Assembly: GCA_053919585.1 (NCBI GenBank)
Contig: CM132799.1
DNA: 64,000 nucleotides
Reading direction: 5' to 3' (one strand)
Source: Euprymna scolopes
Taxonomy: Eukaryota
Below the pieces are notes generated by a model. The model made no database searches. It was not told where the DNA came from and was given only the letters and a program-made list of their open reading frames with translations. Of the stretch, positions 39,181 through 52,903 are shown one piece after another. Each line of letters starts with the position of its first letter. The stretch's first letter is position 1. The translations under genes were made by a program, and so were the position numbers.

Positions 39181-40653
39181 ACATATCCGTGTACTACGAT
39201 GTTTTATCCTAAATTCTACGCAATTATACACCATGTAGAAACTATGAATAAAAATAATTAAGCGCAAAAGCTAAATGAAATGAATCATCTAATAAGAAAA
39301 AATATAGAAATGAATTATTAATTAATAAACGCTCATTTTACAAAGGAATATGCAAATTAGTTAATCTTCATGAAGTCGCTCGCATATCCATTTCTAAGTA
39401 TATTAAGAAGTTCGTTTCAATATTTTTTTTAATAGAAAAGTAGTATCTGTCCCTCAGTGTAGTAGCTGTTCTGTTGCTACATTTAAATTCATTTGTCTTT
39501 AGTCAATATAGAAGAAATCCTCCCATACTAAGGCTGTTTTTATGTTTGCCTACTGCTAAAGTGCTTTTATTTGAGGAGCTGGTTTTCCTCCACATTAAAT
39601 ACGACCTTGTGTCACATATTGTTCTCGTGAAGAAGCAGTTAAATATCAATAGACAAAGTAGGCTTTTAATATCAATATCAGCGCAGGAAAAAAAAACAAT
39701 TTTATAGGTATATAGATAACTCTTAAGAAAAAACTTATTCAATAAAGTAGTACGATATCCAAAATACCGAGTTTCAGTGTTGAATAGCGAGGAATGAAAC
39801 TACTTCCTCGTCTCCGAACATAAAACCCAACTTCATTGAAAACTATATAATAAAACATATTTTCTTCAAGAATAAATGATAGATCGCTGTCAGTATGTTT
39901 ATTTTCATTTATAAAACTTCCAAAAGTGACACAATCTGCCAGCAATGAATACCAGATGGTCTCTAAGGACCGATTGCTTTTTCTTCAACTTTCTACCTTC
40001 AGGCACGATTAGAAAAAATAAAATAAAATTAACCATATGGAAAACTGTCTTCTTAAAATATATGCCTTCAAAGTGCGTAACTATCAAATGTCAAGCGTAT
40101 ATCATCGACTACTTTTCTTAGAATGATAAGATTCTGTTCTGGATGTGTGATTAAACGACCAGAAATAAGTACGATATTCATGAAGAATTTATAGTATTCC
40201 CCAATCGTTAGCCATTTTCACCTTACTTTCTTTCAATAAAATACTTAATGAGGTCACTAAGTCTTGTACAAATGTGTGGTATGTATCTGCATATCCACCT
40301 ATATACCTGAAAGTTGAGTTATTTTATTGCCCTGACGCTGATATTAAAAGCCAGTTTTTTTGTTCTAGTTAACAAATTATTAAAACGAACTTTTTAATAT
40401 ACTCAATCATGGATACGCGAGCAACTAGAGGAAGGTTAACTAATTTGTATATTCCTTTGAAAAAACGAGCGTTAATTAATTACTGATTTATGTTTTTATA
40501 TTTTCTCATTTGTTCTATTTTACTATTAGGCTCAAGTATATTTATGCATAGTTTCTAGATGTTGCACAATTGCGTGGAATTTAAGATGAATATAATAGAG
40601 TCAGAGATGCTTCGTAGCCGAGTTCAAAGCTTCCGACCAGCGGTAATCATAAC

Positions 40654-40702
40654 ACCTTACACTGATGATTCCCGAAAGGATGAACCACCAGTGTCTGTAG
40701 GT
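40654..40702 (+). ncRNA. Minimal type I hammerhead ribozyme motif, decayed
   Basis: accttaca-CTGATGA-ttcc cgaaa ggat-GAAC-cac ca gtg-TC-tgtaggt; all three stems form; GAAC replaces GAAA. Confidence 0.6.
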
Positions 40703-40720
40703 ATTTAAAAATTATTATAG

Positions 40721-40795
<75 letters not shown>

Positions 40796-40951
40796 TTATT
40801 TGTTTTTGTTTTTACGATACGTTTTGAATGAATTTAAGTATTTATTTAACATCTAAGTAAATCGCGATATATCCAAACAGTCATGCGAGATGAACAAGCT
40901 GTAATAGAATAGGCTCCTTACAGTGAGGTCCAGATTTGAATCTCGCTAGAT

Positions 40952-41000
40952 TCAGCTATTCTGATGAGTCGTAAACCGCGAAGCACATGTCAGTGGATGA
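40952..41000 (+). ncRNA. Minimal type I hammerhead ribozyme motif, decayed
   Basis: tcagctatt-CTGATGA-gtcg taaa ccgc-GAAG-ca ca tg-TC-agtggatga; stem I pairs at 8 of 9 positions; GAAG replaces GAAA. Confidence 0.6.
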
Positions 41001-41029
41001 TTATATCTTAAGAATAATATATATATATA

Positions 41030-41098
<69 letters not shown>

Positions 41099-42144
41099 GT
41101 GACATTGTCGTAGTGTTTGCAAAAAGTCTCTACAAAACTCTTATCAGGATATATGGTCTACAGAGTTGAAATTTGATATATAGTGTATTTGGACCTGTTA
41201 AACATTTTCGATTTGTTTTTATCCGGCGAAAAATGCTGCTAAGGAGTCAAAATAAAAAAAAGACAAAAGTTAACCTTAACAAGATAAGTCGAATAAAACA
41301 TTATGAGTGACGTTTCTTTTGCCCATACTCGCGATTAAACTCGCTGAATTGTTTCTTATCCATTTGTCTGTAACTCAGATGGTAACGTCACTACAGTAAT
41401 AAATAATCACTAAATCTGGACTGCTAAATATTCGGGTTTCATTTCTAGCGAATCATAACTGCGTCATATTTTTATAACTTTTGAAATTATTATTATATAT
41501 TGAATTAAGATCAATAGATGATTCACTATAACTATAACAAATATGAAGGAATTAAAATATACCATTCATGCGTACTTTACGACNNNNNNNNNNNNNNNNN
41601 NNNNNNNNNNNNNNNNNNNNNNNNNNNNNNNNNNNNNNNNNNNNNNNNNNNNNNNNNNNNNNNNNNNNNNNNNNNNNNNNNNNNNNNNNNNNNNNNNNNN
41701 NNNNNNNNNNNNAATTATATTTCACACTTTGTGTATATCGATAATTTTTTTGAGTTCAGTGTGTGTTAAATATAAAAACAGAGCATATATAAAAGATAGC
41801 TACGTTCCAAGGTGCAAATAATGAGTGTTCATGTAAAACAGCTTGTTCAGCATGTTAAAATTTCGGTACATAAACGTTTTGTTACGCAGAGGCATTCAGT
41901 TATTATTAAGTCAATACCGACTCTTTTCGTGCATATACTCTTAAGAAAAAAATAGAAATTTAAGCTTAGAAATAACAAAATGCATAACAACGTAGTGTCG
42001 GGGAAAATAACAAAATAGAAGATTCAGCATGGTGTACATGTTCCAGCAGCCATCTACGTTCATTTTTAAAGCTATACAGGTTTTATTCAAAGTTTAAATT
42101 AAAATGTTCTAAAAATATTTTAATTCTATAAAGAAATTATTTAC

Positions 42145-42209
<65 letters not shown>

Positions 42210-42313
42210 TATTTATCTTATATTCATTTCCTGTAATCTCTTTTATTTGTATTTTAAATTTTTAGTGGTCTCTATAAGGTTTAATTGTTTTGTAATTTAC
42301 TGATATAAATAAG

Positions 42314-42371
<58 letters not shown>

Positions 42372-42408
42372 GCATACATATACATATGCTCGCTCAAATC
42401 AATCAATC

Positions 42409-42460
<52 letters not shown>

Positions 42461-42723
42461 TTTTGACCCTTGGCCCTGCTTGCCACAGTTAACACAGATA
42501 CTACGCTATGATGACAGCCCAAAGGGTCACAACATTACATTGGTAGCGGTACGCAAAAGATCACATAAGCCATAAATATTATCCTCATCACATTAATTGT
42601 CAACATCATCATTTATCAAATAAAAAAAATAAACTCTAGTAACGTATTAAAGATACATTTCACACCCGTATGTAAATAGAAGAAATAAATAGACTGATGT
42701 AAATCTTGTAAACCGTCCACGCA

Positions 42724-42836
42724 AATAAATCAAGGTTTCAACATGTTCATATTTCGTCAAGATTAAAAACAAAATTAGCGGAGTTTTTTTGTTTGATTTC
42801 TGACGAGACAAATAAATGTTGAAACGTTGATCAATT
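42724..42836. mobile_element. Tiny fold-back element consisting of two opposed minimal hammerhead motifs
   Basis: Plus: ttgattt-CTGACGA-gaca aataaa tgtt-GAAACGTT-gatcaa. Minus: aatc-TTGACGA-aatat gaac atgtt-GAAACCTT-gatt. Confidence 0.6.
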
Positions 42837-43540
42837 CGTTCAGAATCCTTACAATTATGGCTTTTGGTTCCTGTTAACTATATATTTCAACTTTATTAAT
42901 AAAGTGTGTGTGTGTATGTGTGTGTGTGTGTCTATTCTATTTGCGGCATATATATGGCCATCTTTTAAATATTTCGTAACCTGATCGAAGATGAAAAAAA
43001 AAAAAAAAAACGAATATAAGAAATAAAAAAATAAAAAAAGTTGGCAGAAGCTGACATATAACTGTATTATTTTCTTTCATCCAACCATTGCATGTATAGA
43101 AACCCGTATCGTATAAAATAACCAATTATCTCAATTTCCAAACTCATCCTTTTTCGCTCAACTGGAGCCGTTCTTCCCACAATGATGTATGGTTTCATTC
43201 AGCTAGCAATTACTTTTGAAGAAGGCTGACACTTATTAAGATTAAATTGGAAAATCTGGTCATGATATCTTGTCAAATGTTAGCCAACCCTGATGCATTT
43301 ATTAAAACGAGCTGGACACGTGTAAATTACCCGGTGTTATTAACTCCATTTCATTTGTGTCGAGGTTGTCCCATTTTTTTACTTTGGAGTTAACTTTATA
43401 TATTTGAGCGCCGTTAACGTATCTGTATTTTACGAATGACGAATTTGACGTTTTTTTTTTTTAAACACTTTTTTCCAACGTGTGCTTTGCTTTAATATTA
43501 CTAATATTATAACCACATAAAATACTACTACTACTACTAC

Positions 43541-43571
<31 letters not shown>

Positions 43572-45574
43572 AAGAAGAAGAAGAACAACAACAACAACAC
43601 ACCAACTTGCCAGAGATCTGAAAAGAATATAAAACATGACGGAAATTATTTTACTACCAATAACTGAGGAGTGCTCGGAAATGTTCGTTTCAAAAATCGT
43701 CGAAAAAAGACTAGGACTAGATTTAAACAAAAAAATCAAGTGACCTTCTTGATTTCCAGAGGTCACTTATCTCTCGTTTCGCCTTACTTACGATTCACAC
43801 GTCCTGCATTTGACCTACCTGTGGTCTTCTATTACGGAAAGTTACAAGTCGTCGGACGATGTTTTGGCTCAGATCGGCCGACACGCAAAAAGAGAAATCA
43901 AACGCGAAACTATCAACACATTTGTAACGTAATAGTTTATCAGTTTATGTGGGATTCACAAATATAGTTTTTAGGAGATGAAAGCGTTCACTGGCTCACC
44001 CTGTGGCTGCTATGTTGCTGTTGTTACTGAAACCGTTCAGTCAGCTTTTCGGTGCTTAATGTTTCACTATGCTACAATCAGATTTTATCAGTATGACGAG
44101 TCAGACACGGAAGCTGAGATTAATAGGGATTATTTGAGCCACGTAGATTCAAGTTTTACTAGAAAGATCTCTATTTCAGTATGGATATCTTAGCCTTATA
44201 CTCAGATAGAACATAAATAGGGGTGGGAACGGATGGACGTAGACGTAATTATCTTCCACCTCTTCTTTCGAATATTTTTATTACGTATTACTATTTTCAA
44301 TTAAAATGATTGTGGACGTAATAATTTTATTTGACCAACATGATTATTCTAGATTTCAGTTTTACCCTCGCCATTGACCATGACTAGAACTTAACTATTT
44401 TCCTCTTATTCCGCTTGGTTCGCACATCTTCTAGTCTATATGAGATCCACTTTCGAAACTGCCGAATTGACAATGCTAACTATTATGTGTGTGCGATTAC
44501 GATCTTGGCAATTTACTTATCATTTTATTTTTCCATTTCAGTCCAAATTTAATTAGACCACCCTTGGTTATTTTATCACCTATAACAATCCAGATGGCCA
44601 TTTTTAAGCGATTTTCTATAACCACCCTTGGTAATATCATGCCAGACATCCGGCATTCGAATTCTTCATTCGGGACAATTTTTATACTTAGTTTTTTTTT
44701 TTTTTGGGGGGGGGGGGGTTACGCAACTTTTACTTTTCGAAAGGCTTGTTAATGATGTTTTTTCATTTTTTTTTTTTCCATTCATATGCAGGATACGTCA
44801 AGAGGGCTGGGCTATTTATTTTAGCAAAGATATTTTTCTGGGTAGTCTTATGAGGTTCATCCCTCTGAGGTGTACGTTTTCTATGTGATAAGGGATGGGT
44901 TTATGGCGATTCGCACGAGGCGCCCCTACAAGGGAATGCCAACGGAATGAACTTGCTATCTTTTGCGAAGCCAATGTACGCTTCCCATCGCTACATTTCG
45001 GCTTTGTGTCACATCTCCCTCGGGGTGGGAAGTGGGAGAGATGTAGATNNNNNNNNNNNNNNNNNNNNNNNNNNNNNNNNNNNNNNNNNNNNNNNNNNNN
45101 NNNNNNNNNNNNNNNNNNNNNNNNNNNNNNNNNNNNNNNNNNNNNNNNNNNNNNNNNNNNNNNNNNNNNNNNNNNNNNNNNNNNNNTTTGGATACCCCCA
45201 AAACATTCGGTATTTTCAAGTCACGACAGTTTGGTTGTTCTTGACTATTTCTGTGCCTGAACCAAGGCTATCCCACCTAAAATAGTAGATATGTTTCAAT
45301 CATCTGGAATCTCCACTCCCGATGACTATTAGTCTTTTCTTCTTTGTTTTCTTTTGTTTCAATTCATTTTGCATGATTATGGCTTTAGTTTGATAACCGC
45401 CCAAGCGATCACCATTCTTTAAGTAGTTTCAATGATATTATTTTCTCTCATTCATATTTTAATTATTAATTTGTCTTATGAACCTCGAGTGCTGTTTATC
45501 ACAGTAACATAATTACATAGATTTCTATGTTTTCTATAAGTAGTTATGTCTCTATGTGAATACTTGTTAAACAT

Positions 45575-45620
<46 letters not shown>

Positions 45621-46469
45621 TATATACACGCACACACACACATACATATATATATAATGAATATCGATAAACGAATGAATAGTTTTCCTACATTATTTAT
45701 TTTTACAGTTCTTAATATGCAAATCAACAATGGCCTAGTGTACGATCGTTTCAAAGACTACCTGAAATTGTTTTTTTTATTTTCTTATTTTCTATATAGT
45801 TGGGTTTCCGTTTACTTCAGTCGAAATTCCAGAAATCAATTTGATCTCTATATGAAATATTTAGATATTCGAATATACCAGTAAAACTCTCTTTCGCCTC
45901 TCAAACACTGAATTAGTAAAGAATTTGAGAACATAATTTTCCTCTCCCCAATTGATAGTTTAAATATGTTATAACATACCTTTTGTGGTCTATTGGTTTT
46001 ACTAGATTCCAGGAAGAGAATTTATCTAGTCTGGTGGAGTATCCAGCTTCATACTTGAGGTAACACCACATGCTGTTACTTGAGGTAACATCACTTGGCG
46101 AAGGTGCAGCGTTTATCGTAAAAGTCAGTGTTGGTTAGCCATACCCAGGAGATCTTATTTAAGCCGTGAATACTATGTTATTTTTAATATTTAGTCAGGT
46201 TTTGTATTTATGTTTTCCAATATGTCTCTTCAACAGAGCATTTCACCAAGGCCACGAATCAAGATGCAGTGAAAACAACATTTTACGCATTTTTTACAAT
46301 GATTTCAAAATGTTTACAGTAAATGAAAGAGACATGCACTAATTCCACCAATCGAATAAAAGAAAACGGCTGAAATATTAAAGAAAATTCTTGAATGCGG
46401 AGATAAATACACATTAGCCATAGACAAGAACCGAAACTGCTATAGAAATGAAGCACAAAGAAACGCTAC

Positions 46470-46876
46470 ATAGAATCAATAAAACGGAAACAGTATAATT
46501 GTAAGTTCCCTCCCTCCAAAAAAAGTGACGGCATCAACTGATACCACACCAAATAATCGAGGATGGTCAAAGAAGATAGAAAGACCGAAGAGAGAAAGCA
46601 CTAGCCAGACCTTCACTGAATGAGTGCGAAGAGGACTGGAACCTTGAGGAGAGTTACTCCCATTCAATTTCCAGCAACGACCAATGGTCGCTATCGATGA
46701 GAAATCAATGGTAAAGGGCTTCTGCAATAACGCAAATTAATTTGCAAATGTTATCGAAAGAGGTGAAAAATACTAGAAATATGAGTAGACTTGTCACTCA
46801 GACTACAGGGAACACCACAAGTTATTTTTAAAGAGAATTCTATGATGATAGTCTCTGTAGAAACTCCCATTGAGTA

Positions 46877-46926
<50 letters not shown>

Positions 46927-47225
46927 TGATGATGACCGAGGAATGAGCACTGACTAGACCTCCACTGTATAAGTGCGAAGAGAACTGGGACCTTGGGGAG
47001 AATTATTGCCACTCAAATTCCAGAAAAGACCAATGGCCAGTGCCAACGAGAAATCAATGGCAAGCAGCTGTTGCGATAATGCAAATTTACTTGCAAGTGT
47101 TATCGAAAGAGTTGGAGAGTACTGGAAAATCTGGGGAGACTTTTTGTCACTCAGCTTCCAGGGAACACCTCCAGGCTGTTTTCAAGGAGATCTTTGATGG
47201 CCTGTGTGAAAGCCCCTTGTGAGCC
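46470..47225 (+). mobile_element. Two tandem R4/Dong 3' UTR copies separated and followed by (AAT)n
   Basis: Copies at about 46470-46877 and 46933-47225, homologous to 1100-1432. Confidence 0.8.
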
Positions 47226-47231
47226 GCCAAA

Positions 47232-47270
<39 letters not shown>

Positions 47271-48013
47271 CCTTTCAATTGTGATAAGTGATAATAGTTA
47301 TAACAAGAATAGTGATACTAATGAAAATGATATTATTATTCATTACATTAATGATAATATTAATATTAATGATCAATTAATTATAATTAATATTTTCATT
47401 ATTATATAAACAGTGATGTTCTATAAAAGGCAACACAGATAATAATGATGATAATAGTAAGAGAACTAATAATAACAATAATAGATGTTTATAATGTTTT
47501 TCTTGTCTAGATCATCATCAGTATTGGTTATGTGGGAAAACTTCTACAGGTTCATTCCTAAATACTTGAATCGTATCCCATCGAAATGAATTGTAGTATT
47601 CTTTACAAGCAAGCTAAATGTTTCTCGCTTATCTACGACTTTTTATGATTAAAGTTATTTAAGTTAAACGTCTAGCAAACAAACAAGAGAAGCATATTTT
47701 GCACTAAACAAAATGCGAGACATACATATTTAAATAGCGAATCTACTCGACTTGCAACAAAACGTATATTTTATAAGCATTGTAAAACGGAAGCGAAATG
47801 CCATTTTCTCCATAACTATATCATTTTTATTATTTTTATAATCAAATTCATTTGCAACAAAATAGTTTAATAGTTTATACTACAAGAATGAGTAATATTT
47901 ATTCAGCTGCTGGTGATTCTAGCTTTCGTTTGCATATTAACTAAATTAACTTCTTTCATGGTAAACACATAATAATCGTTACTAATATTACACACGTACA
48001 CGCACACAGAAAC

Positions 48014-48070
<57 letters not shown>

Positions 48071-48467
48071 TTACTTTTTTACCTCTTCATGTATATACAT
48101 ATATATTTGATATTACTTCAACAGGAAAATATAGCTTAGCAGTAATATAAAAATATAAATATGGTAACTAAATTACACATTCTTATTTCATTCTCGCAGG
48201 TAATCAACTGGCCAAATGCATCTAGCATTACCATTCCCTGTGAGAATGAAACATATATGTTTCTGTGTACCTATTTACTATGCCTCCCCACGGGACAGAG
48301 TTAGACACCAGGGTTGTTTTTTAACGTGGAGAAAAGGTACAAAAATAAAAAAAAAATTGTCTCAGTCGTGGAGGACTAATGCTCCACCGAAAGAGAACGA
48401 GAAATTGGAGTGCAGCATCTGAAGAAAGATACTACACTTTGATCTTGACCAGAAAGGCCAACTTTCT

Positions 48468-48525
<58 letters not shown>

Positions 48526-48636
48526 TAGCAAAAGTACCCGTCGTTGACTGGGTTCAAAAATATATATATAATCTTTGAATTATAGTCTCGATAATAACAC
48601 TCAGCTCCACAATGGTTATCAATATCGTCTTAGAGC

Positions 48637-51216
48637 AATTCGCAAAAGCATATTGCAGCGTAATACAATTTGCAAAAGCATATTGCAGCGTAATACAATT
48701 CGAAAAAGCATATTGCAGCGTAATACAATTCGCAAAAGCATATTGCAACGTAATACAATTCGCAAAAGCATATTGCAGCGTAATACAATTTGCAAAAGTA
48801 TATTGTAGCGTAATACAATTCGCAAAAGCATATTTCAGCGTAATACAATTCGCAAAAGCATATTGCAGCGTAATACAATTTGCAAAAGTATATTGCAGCG
48901 TAATACAATTTGCAAAAGCATATTGCAGCGTAATACAATTTGCAAAAGCATATTGCAGCGTAATACAATTTGCAAAAGTATATTGTAGCGTAATACAATT
49001 CGCAAAAGCATATTGCAGCGTAATACAATTTGCAAAAGCATATTGCAGCGTAATACAATTTGCAAAAGCATATTGCAGCGTAATACAATTTGCAAAAGCA
49101 TATTGCAGCGTAATACAATTCGCAAAAGCATATTGCAACGTAATACAATTTGCAAAAGCATATTGCAGCGTAATACAATTTGCAAAAGCATATTGCAGCG
49201 TAATACAATTTGAAAAAGCATATTGCAGCGTAATACAATTTGCAAAAGCATATTGCAACGTAATACAATTTGCAAAAGCATATTGCAGCGTAATACAATT
49301 TGCAAAAGCATATTGCAGCGTAATACAATTCGCAAAAGCATATTGCAGCGCAATACAATTTGCAAAAGCATATTGCAGCGTAATACAATTCGCAAAAGCA
49401 TATTGCAGCGTAATACAATTCGCAAAAGCATATTGCAACGTAATACAATTTGCAAAAGCATATTGCAGCGTAATACAATTTGCAAAAGCATATTGCAGCG
49501 TAATACAATTTGCAAAAGCATATTGCAGCGTAATACAATTCGCAAAAGCATATTGCAGCGTAATACAATTCGCAAAAGCATATTTCAGCGTAATACAATT
49601 TTCAAAAGAATATTGTAGCGTAATACAATTCGCAAAAGCATATTGCAGCGTAATACAATTCGCAAAAGCATATTGCAACGTAATACAATTCGCAAAAGCA
49701 TATTGCAGCGTAATACAATTCGCAAAAGTATATTGTAGCGTAATACAATTTGCAAAAGCATATTGCAGCGTAATACAATTTGCAAAAGCATATTGCAGCG
49801 TAATACAATTTGCAAAAGCATATTGCAGCGTAATACAATTTGCAAAAGCATATTGCAGCGTAATACAATTTGCAAAAGTATATTGTAGCGTAATACAATT
49901 CGCAAAAGCATATTGCAGCGTAATACAATTCGCAAAAGCATATTGCAACGTAATACAATTCGCAAAAGCATATTGCAGCGTAATACAATTTGCAAAAGTA
50001 TATTGTAGCGTAATACAATTCGCAAAAACATATTTCAGCGTAATACAATTTGCAAAAGCATATTGCAGCGTAATACATTTTGCAAAAGCATATTGCAGCG
50101 TAATACAATTTGCAAAAGCATATTGCAGCGTAATACAATTTGCAAAAGCATATTGCAGCGTAATACAATTTGCAAAAGCATATTGCAGCGTAATACAATT
50201 TGCAAAAGCATATTGCAGCGTAATACAATTCGCAAAAGCATATTGCAGCGTAATACAATTTGCAAAAGCATATTGCAGCGTAATACAATTCGCAAAAGCA
50301 TATTGCAACGTAATACAATTCGCAAAAGCATATTGCAGCGTAATACAATTCGCAAAAGCATATTGCAGCGTAATACAATTCGCAAAAGCATATTGCAACG
50401 TAATACAATTCGCAAAAGCATATTGCAGCGTAATACAATTCGCAAAAGCATATTGCAGCGTAATACAATTCGCAAAAGCATATTGTAGCGTAATACAATC
50501 CGCAAAAGCATATTGCAGCGTAATATAATTTGCAAAAGCATATTGCAGCGTAATACAATTCGCAAAAGCATATTGCAGCGTAATACAATTCGCAAAAGCA
50601 TATTGTAGCGTAATACAATTCGCAAAAGCATATTGCAGCGTAATACAATTCGCAAAAGCATATTTCAGCGTAATACAATTCGCAAAAGCATATTGCAACG
50701 TAATACAATTCGCAAAAGCATATTGCAGCGTAATACAATTCGCAAAAGCATATTGCAGCGTAATACAATTCGCAAAAGCATATTGCAACGTAATACAATT
50801 CGCAAAAGCATATTGCAGCGTAATACAATTCGCAAAAGCATATTGCAGCGTAATACAATTCGCAAAAGCATATTGTAGCGTAATACAATTCGCAAAAGCA
50901 TATTGCAGCGTAATATAATTTGCAAAAGCATATTGCAGCGTAATATAATTTGCAAAAGCATATTGCAGCGTAATACAATTCGCAAAAGCATATTGTAGCG
51001 TAATACAATTCGCAAAAGCATATTGCAGCGTAATATAATTTGCAAAAGCATATTGCAGCGTAATACAATTCGCAAAAGCATATTGCAGCGTAATACAATT
51101 CGCAAAAGCATATTGTAGCGTAATACAATTCGCAAAAGCATATTGCAGCGTAATACAATTCGCAAAAGCATATTTCAGCGTAATACAATTCGCAAACGCA
51201 TATTGTAGCGTTATAC
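48637..51216. repeat. 30-bp satellite array, about 86 units, no indels seen
   Basis: Unit taatacaatt(c/t)gcaaaagcatattgcagcg in unbroken phase; Helitron-type CTAG/hairpin end at 48525-48555. Confidence 0.97.
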
Positions 51217-51439
51217 AAAACAAACATAATAGGAGACAAGTAAGTTTTTAATGTTTTTCATACATCATATATGTATCTAGCAACAAATTACATGGACGTG
51301 ATAGGCGTTTGGAAGTCATTGACGGACAGTGGAATTATCCATTACCTCCAATTCACGAATCATGTGGAAACTTTGGGTTGAGAGATCGAATTACCTTCAG
51401 TGCATCTCACTTTTTAACATTTAAAACTACAATGCAACA

Positions 51440-51704
51440 CATATCTAGTGATTCCAGTCTTGTTTCACCGATATTTTCGAAAGTCATCGCCTCTTTCCGA
51501 TTTACTAGCCCTAATTTAAACCTTTGTAACTTCATGTTTGGCGATGGACGCAACAGCAAAGAAGTCACGTCTTTTCTTTTCTTTTTTTCATTTTCTTTTC
51601 CTACTTCGCGGTACGGATACGAGCCTACATGCCTGCTACCACTTTTTTTTTTTTGCTCAACACATACCTCCAAACACGGGGGCAACGCCGGACAGTCAGG
51701 ATAG
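51440..51704 (+). mobile_element. Helitron 3' portion
   Basis: Reverse complement of 3794-4170; ends ggggcaacgccgg..gATAG|T. Confidence 0.65.
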
Positions 51705-51912
51705 TCATAAATAAAAGCAAAAAGAAGTATAAAATGCACAAGTGCTTATATATCGATTAGGATGAAAGCGTATAAGCTGCAACTTAAAAATGATGTTTTG
51801 TTTGCTTTGCTTAAGTCAATGGTTAAACACTTTCTTTTTTAACTACACTTTGTTAGTAAAGTTATTCCGGCAAAGAAAATTGGGGACATTCTTATTTACG
51901 TTTTATATAGAG

Positions 51913-52903
51913 CTAGCGGGGATACCCGGCGTTGTCCGGGTGTTTGGAGGTGTGTGCTGTTAAATAAAAAGAAACCGGATGGGGGGGGGTAAAAGTTGGT
52001 AGGATCGAACCCGAAGCCCTGAGGCGAAGTTTGAAAATAAAATCGGCCAGCCAGAATGAGTTACTGAAAGATGTTTGAATTTATTTAAGTAAGAACCAAA
52101 TTGACAGGTGCGCGCACGGCTATTCAGCAAATGAGGTCAATGACCTGGTTAGTTTGTTATAAGCGAAGTAAAAAAAGAAAACAACGTTAAAACTTAAGCA
52201 GGGGGGAGTAATCAAAACATCGAAAAAAACACAAAAAACTAACGTAAGGCAAACGAACGATGTTAAATGTAAAAATCGAAAAACAAACAAAAAAAAACAG
52301 AAAAACGAATACGTGAAAAATGGCTTAAATAAGCCTGTTTCGATATTAAAATTTAAAAATAGATGGGTACCCGGGTGTTTTGTGGGTGTGTGGTCGGGGG
52401 TGGATAAGCGAAGTAAAAAAAAAAAAAACAGAAAACGAGCGTTACGTGAAAAATGGCTTAAATAACACTGGTTCAATATTTAAATTTATAAAATCGAACA
52501 AAAAAGACATCTCACACCATAATTCGAATCCAGAACGTTTAGATAATGAACCAACGCGCCAACCAACTGAGCTACCGCGACGTACATGAAATTTCGTCAG
52601 TTTTTAAAGTATTTAAAATAAAGCAGGTCATGACGTCATCTGACGCATGCGTAGAACCGGTCCTCGTCACGAGAGGACCGTTTTTGTTGACCCTCCCTGT
52701 CGAAAATAGTCGATTTCGGGGTGAACAAAATGAACGTTTTTGGCCAATTTTTCGAGCGAAGGATGGAACTTCGATATGATACCGAGTTTGTGAATTATCG
52801 CCGTATCTGTTGAAAGTTTTTAGCGAACACACAAACACACATACAAACATACAAACATACATACATACATACATACACACATTTTCGCTTTGATATATAT
52901 AGA
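51913..52903 (-). mobile_element. Non-autonomous Helitron, about 1 kb
   Basis: CTAG and cccggacaacgccggg hairpin at one end; TCtatatatatc and (CATA)n at the other. Confidence 0.7.

Noticed and set aside
44885-45048. GC-richer structured segment, possible HDV-like ribozyme
   Set aside because: I could not build the nested double pseudoknot by eye, and the segment is cut by a gap.
48181-48300. Possible exon after the acceptor-like ttcattctcgcag
   Set aside because: No recognisable peptide or convincing donor; it runs into repeat-like sequence.
48554-51239. Long ORFs (889, 638, 545 aa) as genes
   Set aside because: They are translations of a 30-bp satellite that is open in most frames; there is no unique coding flank, and the longest has no in-frame ATG.
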